This document shows, one piece after another, positions 54,978-64,000 of a DNA stretch of 64,000 nt; within the stretch, counting starts at the first letter, position 1, and each line of letters opens with the position of its first letter. Origin of the DNA: a virus (lineage: Duplodnaviria > Caudoviricetes); the IMG/VR virus record IMGVR_UViG_3300032092_000001; one strand, written 5' to 3'. The translations under genes were made by a program, and so were the position numbers. A model generated the notes under the pieces. That model was not told where the DNA came from and searched no databases. It saw only the letters and a list, made by a program, of their open reading frames with translations.

Positions 54978-55409
54978 TTATTTTTCTTCCAACGAAAGAA
55001 GTCCTTTACCAAATTTATTTAGTCTATCATAATATCTTTCTTTAACATGTTGGTGAATTGGTATCGCCTTACCATCCCCGTCTATTCTAACAAATGTTAT
55101 AAATGTTTGTGTTACCGCATCTTGTTTACCAGTGTGGACGTTGTGTTTACGAACTTCAATATATAATTTAATTGACGTTGTTCCGAACTTCTCAACTCTA
55201 CCGTAGATTTTAAGTAAACTTCCAACTTTAACAGGACTCTTAAATAACAACTCGTCAATCTTGATTGTAACCATTCTTGGAGTGTCACATATCTGAGCGG
55301 CATATGAAGCAGCTGAATCATCAATCAATGACATTAAAGTCCCTCCAAAGATGTTTCCATGAACACCCTCGTCAGATTTTTTCATGATTGTTGTTGTTAT
55401 AAGTTCCAT
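54978..55409 (-). CDS. Hotdog-fold acyl-CoA thioesterase (YciA-like)
   Basis: HGNIFGG.LMS.ID..A...VT..ID...F..PV.VG...G.TS. Confidence 0.85.
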   Translation of the reverse strand: MELITTTIMKKSDEGVHGNIFGGTLMSLIDDSAASYAAQICDTPRMVTIKIDELLFKSPVKVGSLLKIYGRVEKFGTTSIKLYIEVRKHNVHTGKQDAVTQTFITFVRIDGDGKAIPIHQHVKERYYDRLNKFGKGLLSLEEK

Positions 55410-56428
55410 TACACCGTAGTCATTTTAAAATTAGTTTCCACCATGTTTACAGTACTAGATATTACTGACATGATTAAGTATGGATTACCATTTGATGCTG
55501 GTCTTCTATCTTCAATATAACCTTTCCACCCTGAGTTAGCCGTAGTTTGTGGGACTCTGATTGATGCCCCTCTATCTGACACACCAAAACTAAACTTATC
55601 AATTGATTGTGTCTCGTGTTGACCTGTTAATCTCATTTTATTGTCAGAACCATAGTTCTCAATATGTTTTGAATGGTTTTGCTCCATAGCAAAGAACAAC
55701 ATATCAAAGTATGGTTTTCCTCCAACCTCTCTCATATATTTTGTTGAGAAATTTGTGTGTAACCCTGAACCGTTCCAATCACCTTGAAGCGGTTTTGGAT
55801 GGTATTCAATTCTAACCTCATATGTCTCAGCAATTCTTTCTAAAAGATATCTACATAAAATCAATTGGTCGCAAGCATCCAATGTTCCTTTACCCATTAC
55901 TTGGAACTCCCATTGCCCAAGAGCAACTTCAGCATTAATACCAGTAACATTAAGTCCCGCAGCCAAACAAACATCCAAATGGTGTTCAACGATGTTACGA
56001 CCTGAAACATTCTCAAATCCAATTCCACAATAATACTCACCTTGTCCCTTCATCAAACCTTTTTTATGTCCGAGAGGTAATTCACCATTGTAAATAAAAT
56101 ACTCTTGCTCAAATCCAACCCACATATCTGAATCATCTTTAATCAATGAACGATGGTTTGTTGGGTGAGGTGTTGAATCGGGATTTAGAACTTCACATAG
56201 GACCAAATAACCATTCTTCCTTTGTGGGTCTTTAATCATCTTAACAGGTTTCAAAAGACAATCAGAAAACTTCCCTTCAGCTTGCTTTGTTGATGACCCA
56301 TCAAAATTCCAAATTGGTAATGAATCAATTGTTAGTTCAGTTTCCGTGTTTAATACTTTGGTCTTACTTCGTAAATTCGGCTCGCTACCATATCCGTCAA
56401 GCCAAATGTATTCTAATTTGTGTATCAT
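55409..56428 (-). CDS. glnII: Glutamine synthetase type II
   Basis: EYIWLDG, LRSKT, WNFDGSST, EQEY, NAEV..GQWEFQ, WNGSG.H.N, RGASIR.P, EDRRPASN. Confidence 0.92.
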   Translation of the reverse strand: MIHKLEYIWLDGYGSEPNLRSKTKVLNTETELTIDSLPIWNFDGSSTKQAEGKFSDCLLKPVKMIKDPQRKNGYLVLCEVLNPDSTPHPTNHRSLIKDDSDMWVGFEQEYFIYNGELPLGHKKGLMKGQGEYYCGIGFENVSGRNIVEHHLDVCLAAGLNVTGINAEVALGQWEFQVMGKGTLDACDQLILCRYLLERIAETYEVRIEYHPKPLQGDWNGSGLHTNFSTKYMREVGGKPYFDMLFFAMEQNHSKHIENYGSDNKMRLTGQHETQSIDKFSFGVSDRGASIRVPQTTANSGWKGYIEDRRPASNGNPYLIMSVISSTVNMVETNFKMTTV

Positions 56429-56431
56429 AGT

Positions 56432-56605
56432 TTAATCAATTTCATAGTTATCAACATCCAACTCGTGGTATGCCTTTTGAATGCAATCAACCCATTCTAA
56501 TTTTAAATTAGTCTGAATTTCTTTAGCCTTATCAAGAACATCATGTCCGATACCTCGTTTATGAGCTTCCCATAATAATTCTTCAACCAGTTCTTCGTTG
56601 TTCAT
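56432..56605 (-). CDS. Small hypothetical protein (57 aa)
   Basis: MNNEELVEELLWEAHKRG...; below ORF-track cutoff; fills operon gap. Confidence 0.55.
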   Translation of the reverse strand: MNNEELVEELLWEAHKRGIGHDVLDKAKEIQTNLKLEWVDCIQKAYHELDVDNYEID

Positions 56606-56607
56606 AA

Positions 56608-56928
56608 TCAATCGTTATAAAAGTCAAAGTCAGATTTATAGTTTTTCTTTTTTTTATGTTTCGGTGTTTCAGTTTCATAACGATATTCGGTAGCAATGTT
56701 AAACGCTATCCAGTAACGAACCCATAATAAATCAACACCAAAACTATATGTGGTGGATTTAAATTTCTTTCCGTCTTTTTCCTTACTTTTAAAAATACTA
56801 CTCAAATGACGTGAGGTGAAGAACCCCAAATTACGGTAGCTGTTCGCTTGCATGGACTCGTCCGTCCATACAGATTTAACATAAGAGTTTACCTCGTGAT
56901 TACCAATATCAAAACCAAAAATTTTCAT
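56608..56928 (-). CDS. Hypothetical protein
   Basis: Start MKIFGFD. Confidence 0.55.
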   Translation of the reverse strand: MKIFGFDIGNHEVNSYVKSVWTDESMQANSYRNLGFFTSRHLSSIFKSKEKDGKKFKSTTYSFGVDLLWVRYWIAFNIATEYRYETETPKHKKKKNYKSDFDFYND

Positions 56929-56955
56929 AGTTAAATGATAACACAAGTAGTGACT

Positions 56956-57840
56956 TTATTCAATGATTGTTGAAAGTTTTTTTAAATATTTCCCGTATGA
57001 ATTCTTTGAGTATTTCTCGGCGTGTTTCTCTAACTGACTAACGTCAATCCACTCATTATTATACGCTATTTCTTCAATACAACCGACCATAAGACCTTGT
57101 CTCTCTTGAATGGTCTCAACATATTGTCCTGCTTGGTTTAATGACTCAAATGTTCCCGTATCAAGCCAAGCTACACCTCTTGGTAACTTATATACACTCA
57201 ACAACTCCCAATCTAAATAATGTTGAATAACATCTGTGATTTCAAGTTCACCTCTCTCGGATGGTTTAACATTATGTACAACTTTAACTACTGAATTGTC
57301 AAAGAAATATAAACCTGGAACTGCATAGTTTGATTTTGGTTTCTTTGGTTTCTCCTGAATACCTGTGACATTCCCTTTCTTATCAAAAGACAACACACCA
57401 TATCTTTCAGGGTCATTAACCTGATAACCAAATATTAATGCACCAACAACTATTTCTTTACTCAATTTCTTAATCCGTTCTTTTACCTTATCGGTATCAA
57501 TACCATAGAATATATTGTCACCAAGAATTAAACAAACCGAATCATCACCAATGAATTTCTCACCGATTATAAATGCTTCAGCAAGTCCATTTGGTTTCTC
57601 CTGAATCTCATAACTTAAACTAATCCCCCACTGACTTCCATCACCCAATAGATTTTGGAACAATGGTTTATCTTGTGGCGTGGATATAATAAGAATATCA
57701 TTTATCTCCATTGACATCAATGTTGCTAATGGATAATAAATCATCGGTTTATCATACACAGGTAACAATTGTTTGGTTACCGATAATGTAAGTGGATGTA
57801 ATCTTGTCCCTGAACCTCCTGCAAGTATTATTCCTTTCAT
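56956..57840 (-). CDS. rfbA: Glucose-1-phosphate thymidylyltransferase
   Basis: [14 protein letters not shown]...[35 protein letters not shown]. Confidence 0.93.
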   Translation of the reverse strand: MKGIILAGGSGTRLHPLTLSVTKQLLPVYDKPMIYYPLATLMSMEINDILIISTPQDKPLFQNLLGDGSQWGISLSYEIQEKPNGLAEAFIIGEKFIGDDSVCLILGDNIFYGIDTDKVKERIKKLSKEIVVGALIFGYQVNDPERYGVLSFDKKGNVTGIQEKPKKPKSNYAVPGLYFFDNSVVKVVHNVKPSERGELEITDVIQHYLDWELLSVYKLPRGVAWLDTGTFESLNQAGQYVETIQERQGLMVGCIEEIAYNNEWIDVSQLEKHAEKYSKNSYGKYLKKLSTIIE

Positions 57841-58040
57841 TCTTCCGTGACTGTAATCTTTATTCTCTTACCGTTTAAATAGATAGGAGTGATTGTTGTT
57901 CTTTCATCCATTGAAATTGTTTTACCACCAATCTCAACTTTATACAATGACATACTCTCGTTCTCTTGTCTTGACCAGTAATCAAGTCCTCGGGCAATTT
58001 CGTTTGTTACCCATTTTACTTCCCAATTATTGTTTTCCAT
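57837..58040 (-). CDS. Hypothetical protein
   Basis: Start MENNNWE; ATGA coupling to rfbA. Confidence 0.55.
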   Translation of the reverse strand: MENNNWEVKWVTNEIARGLDYWSRQENESMSLYKVEIGGKTISMDERTTITPIYLNGKRIKITVTEE

Positions 58041-58506
58041 ATTCAATTTTTTTCCATTTATTATCAGAGTCCAACTCAAATTCTCCGATGAACTCTTGTT
58101 TCCACTGCGTTGGTTTTATTAATGATAAGAAAGTTTCCCCATTATTTCTACGATACAAGTAATATTTTTCACCAATGATGGGTTGGAAATTATAATTTGC
58201 AGAATAAACCATCTGATTCCATTCAAATTCCTCAACCAATTTGTTATACTGTTCTTTTATTTCCTCATACTTCTTGTTGAAGTAATGGTTTGTCTTCAGT
58301 ATCTTCTCGTTCTTCCAAGTTGATATGTTATCAGGAATAATCACAGGAGCCCCGACATTGGTTGCGTATGGAAGAAGGTGAGCATAATACCCACGCTCTT
58401 CACTCCAAACAACATTGTCAGGATATCTCTTTTTTTTTGGTGTGTCGTATGCCATCACGCTTGGTAAATCAGAATACTGACACCATAAATCATCATTTTG
58501 TTCCAT
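58027..58506 (-). CDS. DUF2452-like protein
   Basis: F.P..G..Y.LY.R..G..FLS.I.P..W....G.F.L..D..W. Confidence 0.65.
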   Translation of the reverse strand: MEQNDDLWCQYSDLPSVMAYDTPKKKRYPDNVVWSEERGYYAHLLPYATNVGAPVIIPDNISTWKNEKILKTNHYFNKKYEEIKEQYNKLVEEFEWNQMVYSANYNFQPIIGEKYYLYRRNNGETFLSLIKPTQWKQEFIGEFELDSDNKWKKIEYGKQ

Positions 58507-59381
58507 TATAGAATACTTAAATATCTTTCACCTCTATCACATAAAAATGTAACAACAATACCCTCAGGTTTAGTTTCTTCAACATATCTCTCAGCAGCTA
58601 ATATATTTGCACCTGCGGATATACCAACAAAAATACCCATCTCTTTGGATAATTGTCTTGCTCTTTCTTTCGCGTCCTCAGTTTTTATTCTAATAATGTT
58701 ATCAACAAATTTTAAATCAACCAAGAATTTACTACCGTCACCAATTCCTTGAATTCCGTGAATCCCTGGTTGTCCTCCGCTCATCACAGGTGATTCATCA
58801 GGCTCAACCGCAATAACTTCCATAGTTGGAAAGTCCTTCTTTAAAGTTAATCCCGCACCCATCAATGTCCCTCCTGTTCCAGTTCCTGTAATAAACCCTG
58901 AAACCGATTCATCCATCACTCTAACTTGATTAATGATTTCCTTTGCGGTTGTTTCAATATGTGATTGAATGTTTAACTGACTATCAAACTGATTGCAGTT
59001 AAACCATCCGTTATTTTCTGATAGTTCGTTTCGTAATCTGATTGCCCCGTCAAAATCACCAGCGTCAACCTCAATAAGTTCAGCCCCGAACAAACGTAAC
59101 ATTTGTTTTCTTTCCTCACTCATATTGGATGGCATAACAATCTTGCAATTATAACCTCTTTCAGATGCCAACCAAGCAAATGATATTCCCATATTACCTG
59201 ATGTTGCCTCAATAATGGTATCACCTTTTTTAAGTAATCCATTCATTTCAGCATCATTGATAATGTAAGAAGCGGGTCTGTCTTTAATTGAACCTGTCGG
59301 ATTTAGTAATTCGGCTTTCGCGTAAATCTTGTCAGTAATTTTAATAAGTGGTGTGTTTCCTATATAATCTGATAATTTCAT
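58506..59381 (-). CDS. cysK: Cysteine synthase (PLP-dependent, CysK/CysM)
   Basis: IGNTPL, K.E..NPTGSIKDR, EATSGN.GI, GTGTGGT, HGIQGIG, GIS.GAN. Confidence 0.88.
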   Translation of the reverse strand: MKLSDYIGNTPLIKITDKIYAKAELLNPTGSIKDRPASYIINDAEMNGLLKKGDTIIEATSGNMGISFAWLASERGYNCKIVMPSNMSEERKQMLRLFGAELIEVDAGDFDGAIRLRNELSENNGWFNCNQFDSQLNIQSHIETTAKEIINQVRVMDESVSGFITGTGTGGTLMGAGLTLKKDFPTMEVIAVEPDESPVMSGGQPGIHGIQGIGDGSKFLVDLKFVDNIIRIKTEDAKERARQLSKEMGIFVGISAGANILAAERYVEETKPEGIVVTFLCDRGERYLSIL

Positions 59382-59382
59382 A

Positions 59383-59577
59383 TTAGTGTGTTCCATTTGT
59401 TAATGATATTCCGTGTTTTAAACCTGTAATAAAATCATTTAATTCTTCATCAGTTGATAGATATTGTCCAAGAGCAATTCCTATTTCATTACCAACATCA
59501 GATATGTCTCCATTAGGGTAATTAATATTCTCCAATTGAGTTTTGATACGATTTAAAATGTGTTTAAAGTCATCCAT
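59383..59577 (-). CDS. Hypothetical protein
   Basis: Start MDDFKHI. Confidence 0.55.
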   Translation of the reverse strand: MDDFKHILNRIKTQLENINYPNGDISDVGNEIGIALGQYLSTDEELNDFITGLKHGISLTNGTH

Positions 59578-59578
59578 A

Positions 59579-59836
59579 TTATCCCATATAATAATTGTAA
59601 GGTTTATAAACATAAACATTTCCGTATACTCTACATTCTCCGTGACCTGTATAAGTTTTCAACAGGTATAATTCAGCATCTTCATAAGAGTTGTGGACTA
59701 TACCTCTATATTTAGGACCTTCATTACATCCGATTTCTCTCCATCCAAACCATTTCTTTTGTTCCACAATCCAATAACCTTTTCTGTCTTCGTTTCCTGA
59801 ATTCTCAATGATTTCTACTATTCTAAATTTTGTCAT
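59579..59836 (-). CDS. Hypothetical protein
   Basis: Start MTKFRIVE. Confidence 0.6.
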   Translation of the reverse strand: MTKFRIVEIIENSGNEDRKGYWIVEQKKWFGWREIGCNEGPKYRGIVHNSYEDAELYLLKTYTGHGECRVYGNVYVYKPYNYYMG

Positions 59837-59997
59837 AATTAATCTTTTATTACTACTCTTAAACAATTCTTCTTAATATACTCAACATCATAACAAGGAG
59901 CACCTTCTGGATAAATGCATAAATGTTTCATTTTTGTATCATATAACACATCTGATGTGTCAATATGAGTTACAGGTTCTAAAGTTGCGGTCATAGG

Positions 59998-61065
59998 TTA
60001 ATTACTTAATGGTGCTTTAATTGATGGGTGTGATTGGTAGTTCTCCAAAATAACATCATTAATAGATGAACAATGGATACCACCTCTAACACTAACCTTT
60101 GGTAAGTCGTATGGTTCTCTACCAATCTGTTCTTTTGCTTGTTCAATATGATTTAGGTAAATGTGAGTATCACCCAAGTTACCAATCAACTCATCAGGAA
60201 CCATATTTACTTCATCAGCAATCATAGTCAATAACAATCCATAACTTGCAATGTTGAATGGTAAACCTAAGAATGTATCTACTGAACGTTGATTCCACAT
60301 TAAAGAGATTGCTCTGGTTGGAATATTTTTATCATCTAAATAATCTAGTGTGTTAATCATTCCAAGTCCATTACCATCGTATGGTTTATCTGAATAAAGA
60401 GCCCATCTTTCGTCAAAACTTAAAACTCTCGTATACATTTGAAATCCATAGTGACAAGGTGGAAGTACCATTTGGTCTAATTCACCTGGATTCCAAGCAT
60501 TAACCATCATTCGTCTTGAGTCTGGATTTGTTTTAAGGTCACGGATTAGGTTTGCAATTTGGTCTATACCGTTCCAACTTGTCTTTGCACCTACTATGTC
60601 TCCTTTACCGTTATCTACATACTTAAATACGTTCTTATACGAACCCCAACCCCTCCATTGCTTACCATAAATCGGACCTAATTCGCCCCACTTATAAGCA
60701 AACTCATCATCTGTTTTGATTTTGTTTATGAATTCTTCTTGTGTTAATGTCTCAACTTGGGTTGATACTCCAGCAATAACCGAATACCTCTTATAAGCAT
60801 CACCATCCCAAATATGACAATTGTTATCAACAAGGTATTTGATATTGGTATCACCTTTTAAAAACCATAGTAATTCAGTTACCATAGTTTTCCAAGCCAT
60901 CTTCTTGGTTGTAAGAAGTGGAAAACCATCTTTCATATTATGACGAATGGCATAACCAAAAATTGATTTGGTTCCTGTACCAGTTCGGTCTTTCTTCTCC
61001 ACCCCAAAATCTAAAATGGTTTGGAGTAATGTTTGATATTGTTTATCTAACTTATTCATTTTCAT
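59998..61065 (-). CDS. thyA: Thymidylate synthase with insertions
   Basis: DRTGTGT, FPLLTTKK, ELLWFL.G.TN, GPIYG.QWR, SRR..V.AWN, LPPCH, QRS.D.FLG.PFNIASY, HIY.NH. Confidence 0.93.
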   Translation of the reverse strand: MKMNKLDKQYQTLLQTILDFGVEKKDRTGTGTKSIFGYAIRHNMKDGFPLLTTKKMAWKTMVTELLWFLKGDTNIKYLVDNNCHIWDGDAYKRYSVIAGVSTQVETLTQEEFINKIKTDDEFAYKWGELGPIYGKQWRGWGSYKNVFKYVDNGKGDIVGAKTSWNGIDQIANLIRDLKTNPDSRRMMVNAWNPGELDQMVLPPCHYGFQMYTRVLSFDERWALYSDKPYDGNGLGMINTLDYLDDKNIPTRAISLMWNQRSVDTFLGLPFNIASYGLLLTMIADEVNMVPDELIGNLGDTHIYLNHIEQAKEQIGREPYDLPKVSVRGGIHCSSINDVILENYQSHPSIKAPLSN

Positions 61066-61160
61066 TATTTAATATTTCTTGTCCTCTTTTACTTACAATA
61101 CGATGAGCGTCGTTATCAAAGAAACTCCACACCATTTGAAATGGATGTAGTATCGCAATT

Positions 61161-61412
61161 TTAAATGATGTCTTCCAATCCATCAATTTCATCTCTCAAT
61201 CCGTTAATCTTTGAATGAACATACTCTTCAATCTCGTGAGATATCTCCAAATACTTTCTCCTCAATTCGTGGAACTTCTCATCCTCAACTTCTTTGAATG
61301 ATGAATAGTTTTTGAAACAATAATGGAAACCCTCATTCTCCATTCTATAACGAACCATTTCAAACTTTTCAAGTTCTTCGTGTAGTTTATCAATTTTTTC
61401 CATATACTTCAT
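61161..61412 (-). CDS. Hypothetical coiled-coil protein
   Basis: 83-aa ORF. Confidence 0.6.
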   Translation of the reverse strand: MKYMEKIDKLHEELEKFEMVRYRMENEGFHYCFKNYSSFKEVEDEKFHELRRKYLEISHEIEEYVHSKINGLRDEIDGLEDII

Positions 61413-62245
61413 CTAAAATATTCATCGTAAAAAATATCTACCATTTCATCCATTTCTTTTATTTTATTATCAAAATGAGTAATAATTTTATCAGAAAACA
61501 CATCTAATTTTGATTCTAAATTTTTAATTTCTTCAACTTTCTTATAATATTGATTAATTATTTTGTCAATTTTTTTGTCTTTAAATCCTGCAAAGTTGTT
61601 TTCTTCAGATAATATAATTTTGAAATTACCATTTTTGATTTTTTCTTTATAGTATCCATAAATTTCTTTTCTATCTCTATAATCAGAAAGTTCTCTTTCT
61701 AATTGTTTGGATTCAACTCTGAATATTATTTCTCTCCCTGAATTTAATAGGCTTTCAATAATATCTTCTAAAAGTTCTGTTGTATTTAATCTACGAGATG
61801 ATGAAAAAACAAAATGAATATTAAAGTTTTCATCTTCTTTGTTTTTTTCTAACCAAAAAATAAATTTAAAATTACTTTTACCGTATGTTTTAATGAAAAA
61901 ATTATTAATTTCATTTATAATATTTAAATTATCTTCTTTTGATATTTTAGTTTCTAAACTTCCTCTGAAATCATAATAAATAGCTTTAATATAAGACCTA
62001 TATTTTTTCTCATCTGTTATATCGTTTGGTTTTTTTCTCTCAAAGAAAAAATGTTTAAGAATTTTCCCATTAATAACCATTTCAGTTTGTTCTTGTTTGT
62101 CCTGATTTAGGGATTCTATTTTTTTTAATTTTGTGAGGGAAGAAAACTCTTCCATGCTTAAAATTCTCTTTAAATCTTTGTTAAAAGATTTTTCACTAAT
62201 ACCTGTAATGTCAAGTATTTCTTTTTTTGTTAAGTATTTTTCCAT
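61409..62245 (-). CDS. Very AT-rich hypothetical protein with N-terminal HTH-like segment
   Basis: LTKKEILDITGISEKSFNKDLK; K/E/N-rich; overlaps both neighbours. Confidence 0.6.
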   Translation of the reverse strand: MEKYLTKKEILDITGISEKSFNKDLKRILSMEEFSSLTKLKKIESLNQDKQEQTEMVINGKILKHFFFERKKPNDITDEKKYRSYIKAIYYDFRGSLETKISKEDNLNIINEINNFFIKTYGKSNFKFIFWLEKNKEDENFNIHFVFSSSRRLNTTELLEDIIESLLNSGREIIFRVESKQLERELSDYRDRKEIYGYYKEKIKNGNFKIILSEENNFAGFKDKKIDKIINQYYKKVEEIKNLESKLDVFSDKIITHFDNKIKEMDEMVDIFYDEYFR

Positions 62246-62727
62246 ATTTTATCTATTATTTGTTCGTAAGCTTCATCGTATTGTTTTCGTTGTTCTTCGG
62301 TCAATGACTCATATAAATTCAACATAAACCACTCGTCCATCTTATACGCAATCTTCAAATCTTTTAGGTAAGATTCACAATAACTCCCATCAGGACTCAT
62401 TTTACACATTGTCGCATTACAACAACCATCTTCACCACATCCCGAACATACAGGACAATATACAGAATCAACATCTCCATACTTCTCCCTGAACTCTTCA
62501 TTGTGTTCCAGTTCGTGTTTAAACCATTCAAAACTTGGGATGTCTTCGTGACCTATGAAATTATCTGTGTATCTCTGATACAAGTTCCATTCAATCGGGG
62601 GGTTGTTTAATTTTTCAAATATGGGTCCCATATCATCGGCCCATTTTTGTTTCCACTCCTCAAATGTAAGAGTAGATGATGGATTCTTTTCTAAAAAATT
62701 CCAATATTGTGTCTCTAATGTTGCCAT
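62230..62727 (-). CDS. Hypothetical protein with Cys cluster
   Basis: CPVCSGCGEDGCC..MC...C. Confidence 0.65.
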   Translation of the reverse strand: MATLETQYWNFLEKNPSSTLTFEEWKQKWADDMGPIFEKLNNPPIEWNLYQRYTDNFIGHEDIPSFEWFKHELEHNEEFREKYGDVDSVYCPVCSGCGEDGCCNATMCKMSPDGSYCESYLKDLKIAYKMDEWFMLNLYESLTEEQRKQYDEAYEQIIDKIWKNT

Positions 62728-62728
62728 A

Positions 62729-63091
62729 TCATTCAAAAACTTGTATTTTAGTTTCAATTTCTTTTAGTTCCGTCCAATTACCCAAATAAGTAACCGCTCT
62801 TACCTTACGATTGTCAATCCAAATATATTCCTGACCATCTTTGATTCTTGGTTTATCCATAACCAACCCGTGATATTTAAATCCATTATCACCCAACCAA
62901 GTTTCAGTAACATCCCTATCTTTACTCTCACGTGCGGTAAAAAATGTTATAACATTTCCTTCATCATACCACTTATTAATTATCCGTAATGCATCTGGAT
63001 AACACTTTGCCGTTGGGTATAAATGTGACTCCTCATTTTTTATGTCATCACATATTGTCCCGTCAATATCAATTAAAAAAACTCTATTCAT
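62729..63091 (-). CDS. HAD-superfamily phosphatase (cap-less)
   Basis: LIDIDGTI, FFTAR, T..WL...GF.Y..L.M.KP, IDN. Confidence 0.8.
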   Translation of the reverse strand: MNRVFLIDIDGTICDDIKNEESHLYPTAKCYPDALRIINKWYDEGNVITFFTARESKDRDVTETWLGDNGFKYHGLVMDKPRIKDGQEYIWIDNRKVRAVTYLGNWTELKEIETKIQVFE

Positions 63092-63315
63092 CTTATAATA
63101 TTAATCTCTGATTCAGTTTCAATTATCACACGTGCCCCACAGGACAACAATGTCTTTTCATTACCACCATACACAACACGACTAGGTCCCAAGATTTCAA
63201 CCTCGGAACAATAGGTGTTCTTTCTACCTTCTTTAATGGTAATGACAGGGTCTAACGTGTTGTTCTTTTTGTTAGCCCTTATTTTGTGTTGATTTACGTG
63301 GATATACTTCTTCAC
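63088..63315 (-). CDS. Conserved phage hypothetical protein
   Basis: IHVNQH.I..N.K...PVIT.K...L.CGA.V.IET; TATCTTTG promoter. Confidence 0.7.
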   Translation of the reverse strand: MKKYIHVNQHKIRANKKNNTLDPVITIKEGRKNTYCSEVEILGPSRVVYGGNEKTLLSCGARVIIETESEINIIR

Positions 63316-63335
63316 TCCACAAAGATAATGCGGAA

Positions 63336-63776
63336 TTAGTGAAGAATCAAATATAATAGACCTAAATTAATAGCAACTGAACCAATTGCAATACCTCTCC
63401 ATTTTTTCTTTTTGTCAGATTGTTTCTCTAACTTGTCTTTGGTTTTGGCATGTTCAATTACCTCGTTGTTATACTTTTCTCGTATTCTATTCGCCTCACT
63501 TTCCATATCAGTGAATAACTTATTCATATCAGCATTAGCCTTCTGTTCAGCCTTCAACTGATTATCACAATTATCTTTATAGATGTACAACTGCTCAATC
63601 TCTTTCTTCTGAGCCTTTTCAGTTTTGATAATTGTTAATAACAATAACTCTTGTGATTTACTGAAGAACACTCCTGTGTCACCTTCATATACTATTCTAT
63701 GGGGCTTCAAAACTTGACCAAACGCTGTCACGTTGAGCAAGATTAAGCTTACCAAGATTACTAATTTCTTTAGCAT
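63336..63776 (-). CDS. Signal peptide, coiled coil and C-terminal TM
   Basis: Signal ending AFG|Q; heptad region; WRGIAIGSVAINLGLLYLIL. Confidence 0.65.
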   Translation of the reverse strand: MLKKLVILVSLILLNVTAFGQVLKPHRIVYEGDTGVFFSKSQELLLLTIIKTEKAQKKEIEQLYIYKDNCDNQLKAEQKANADMNKLFTDMESEANRIREKYNNEVIEHAKTKDKLEKQSDKKKKWRGIAIGSVAINLGLLYLILH

Positions 63777-64000
63777 TTTCTTCCTTGATGTATTTGATTT
63801 TAGTGATTACCTCACCTTGTTTATTATCGTATGCAATTCTTAAATCGGTCATTTGTTTGTTTAAACTATCAACCTGTGAACGAAGAGCATTTATTTTTGT
63901 CCCATCTTCCAATGTTACAGTAATTGGTTCACGATTTAATAAGATACCTACATAGATACCCATAGAAATAACAATAACACCTAATAGAATTTGAGACCAG
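63697..64000 (-). CDS. N-terminal TM plus coiled coil (partial, starts beyond window end)
   Basis: Frame stays open past 63963 (WSQILLGVIVISMGIYVGILL); overlaps the next gene by 80 nt. Confidence 0.6.
   Translation of the reverse strand, partial: WSQILLGVIVISMGIYVGILLNREPITVTLEDGTKINALRSQVDSLNKQMTDLRIAYDNKQGEVITKIKYIKEENAKEISNLGKLNLAQRDSVWSSFEAP

Noticed and set aside
59998-61065. Group I intron in thyA (as in T4 td)
   Set aside because: The frame is continuous with all motifs present; the extra length is in-frame insertions.
2538-63963. Numerous short antisense or overlapping ORFs in the track (e.g. 2538, 4705, 7591, 10020, 15638, 18325, 27324, 34655, 39711, 41114, 53227, 57893, 60918)
   Set aside because: They lie opposite or inside well-supported genes or in non-coding zones, lack promoter context and have shadow-frame composition.
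1-64000. Bacterial chromosome origin of the window
   Set aside because: Housekeeping homologues are isolated, often shortened, and interspersed with dozens of small orphan genes and phage-type motifs; no ribosomal or other core operons. Not formally excluded without hallmark virion genes.

Overview
AT-rich (about 30% GC by eye), densely coding 64-kb segment that reads as part of a large Bacteroidota-infecting phage. The phage call is an inference from gene content, because no capsid, terminase or polymerase gene lies in the window. Host evidence: many TAnnTTTG (-7) / TTTG (-33) promoters, signal peptides cleaved before Gln, CarboxypepD_reg-like and DUF2452-like genes. Recognisable cargo: N-domain-less ClpC, tmRNA with an atypical tag, tRNA-Arg(UCU), several peptidoglycan hydrolases, a PPK2-lysozyme fusion, FKBP PPIase, an AsnRS-like catalytic-domain protein behind an Asn-containing leader/terminator, RmlA/RmlC, GT2 plus LpxH-like, DHFR, PurA, GSII, cysteine synthase and ThyA. 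Two features stand out. (1) A CRISPR-geometry array (36-nt repeats ending ACAAC, five unique 30-nt GC-richer spacers) runs in frame inside a gene at 47654-48002, and repeat-spacer-partial-repeat units sit at the 3' ends of several paralogues at 42-47 kb. (2) About 35-40 genes share a TATTTAT motif just upstream of the start codon plus short N-terminal peptides (MKYLITESQ, MKKVIRLTESDL, ISEEEKxRILEMH, MxLQExIRRILxEE) that resemble capsid-targeting / prohead-protease signals. Many start codons below were moved from the ORF track to the ATG that follows a promoter motif.
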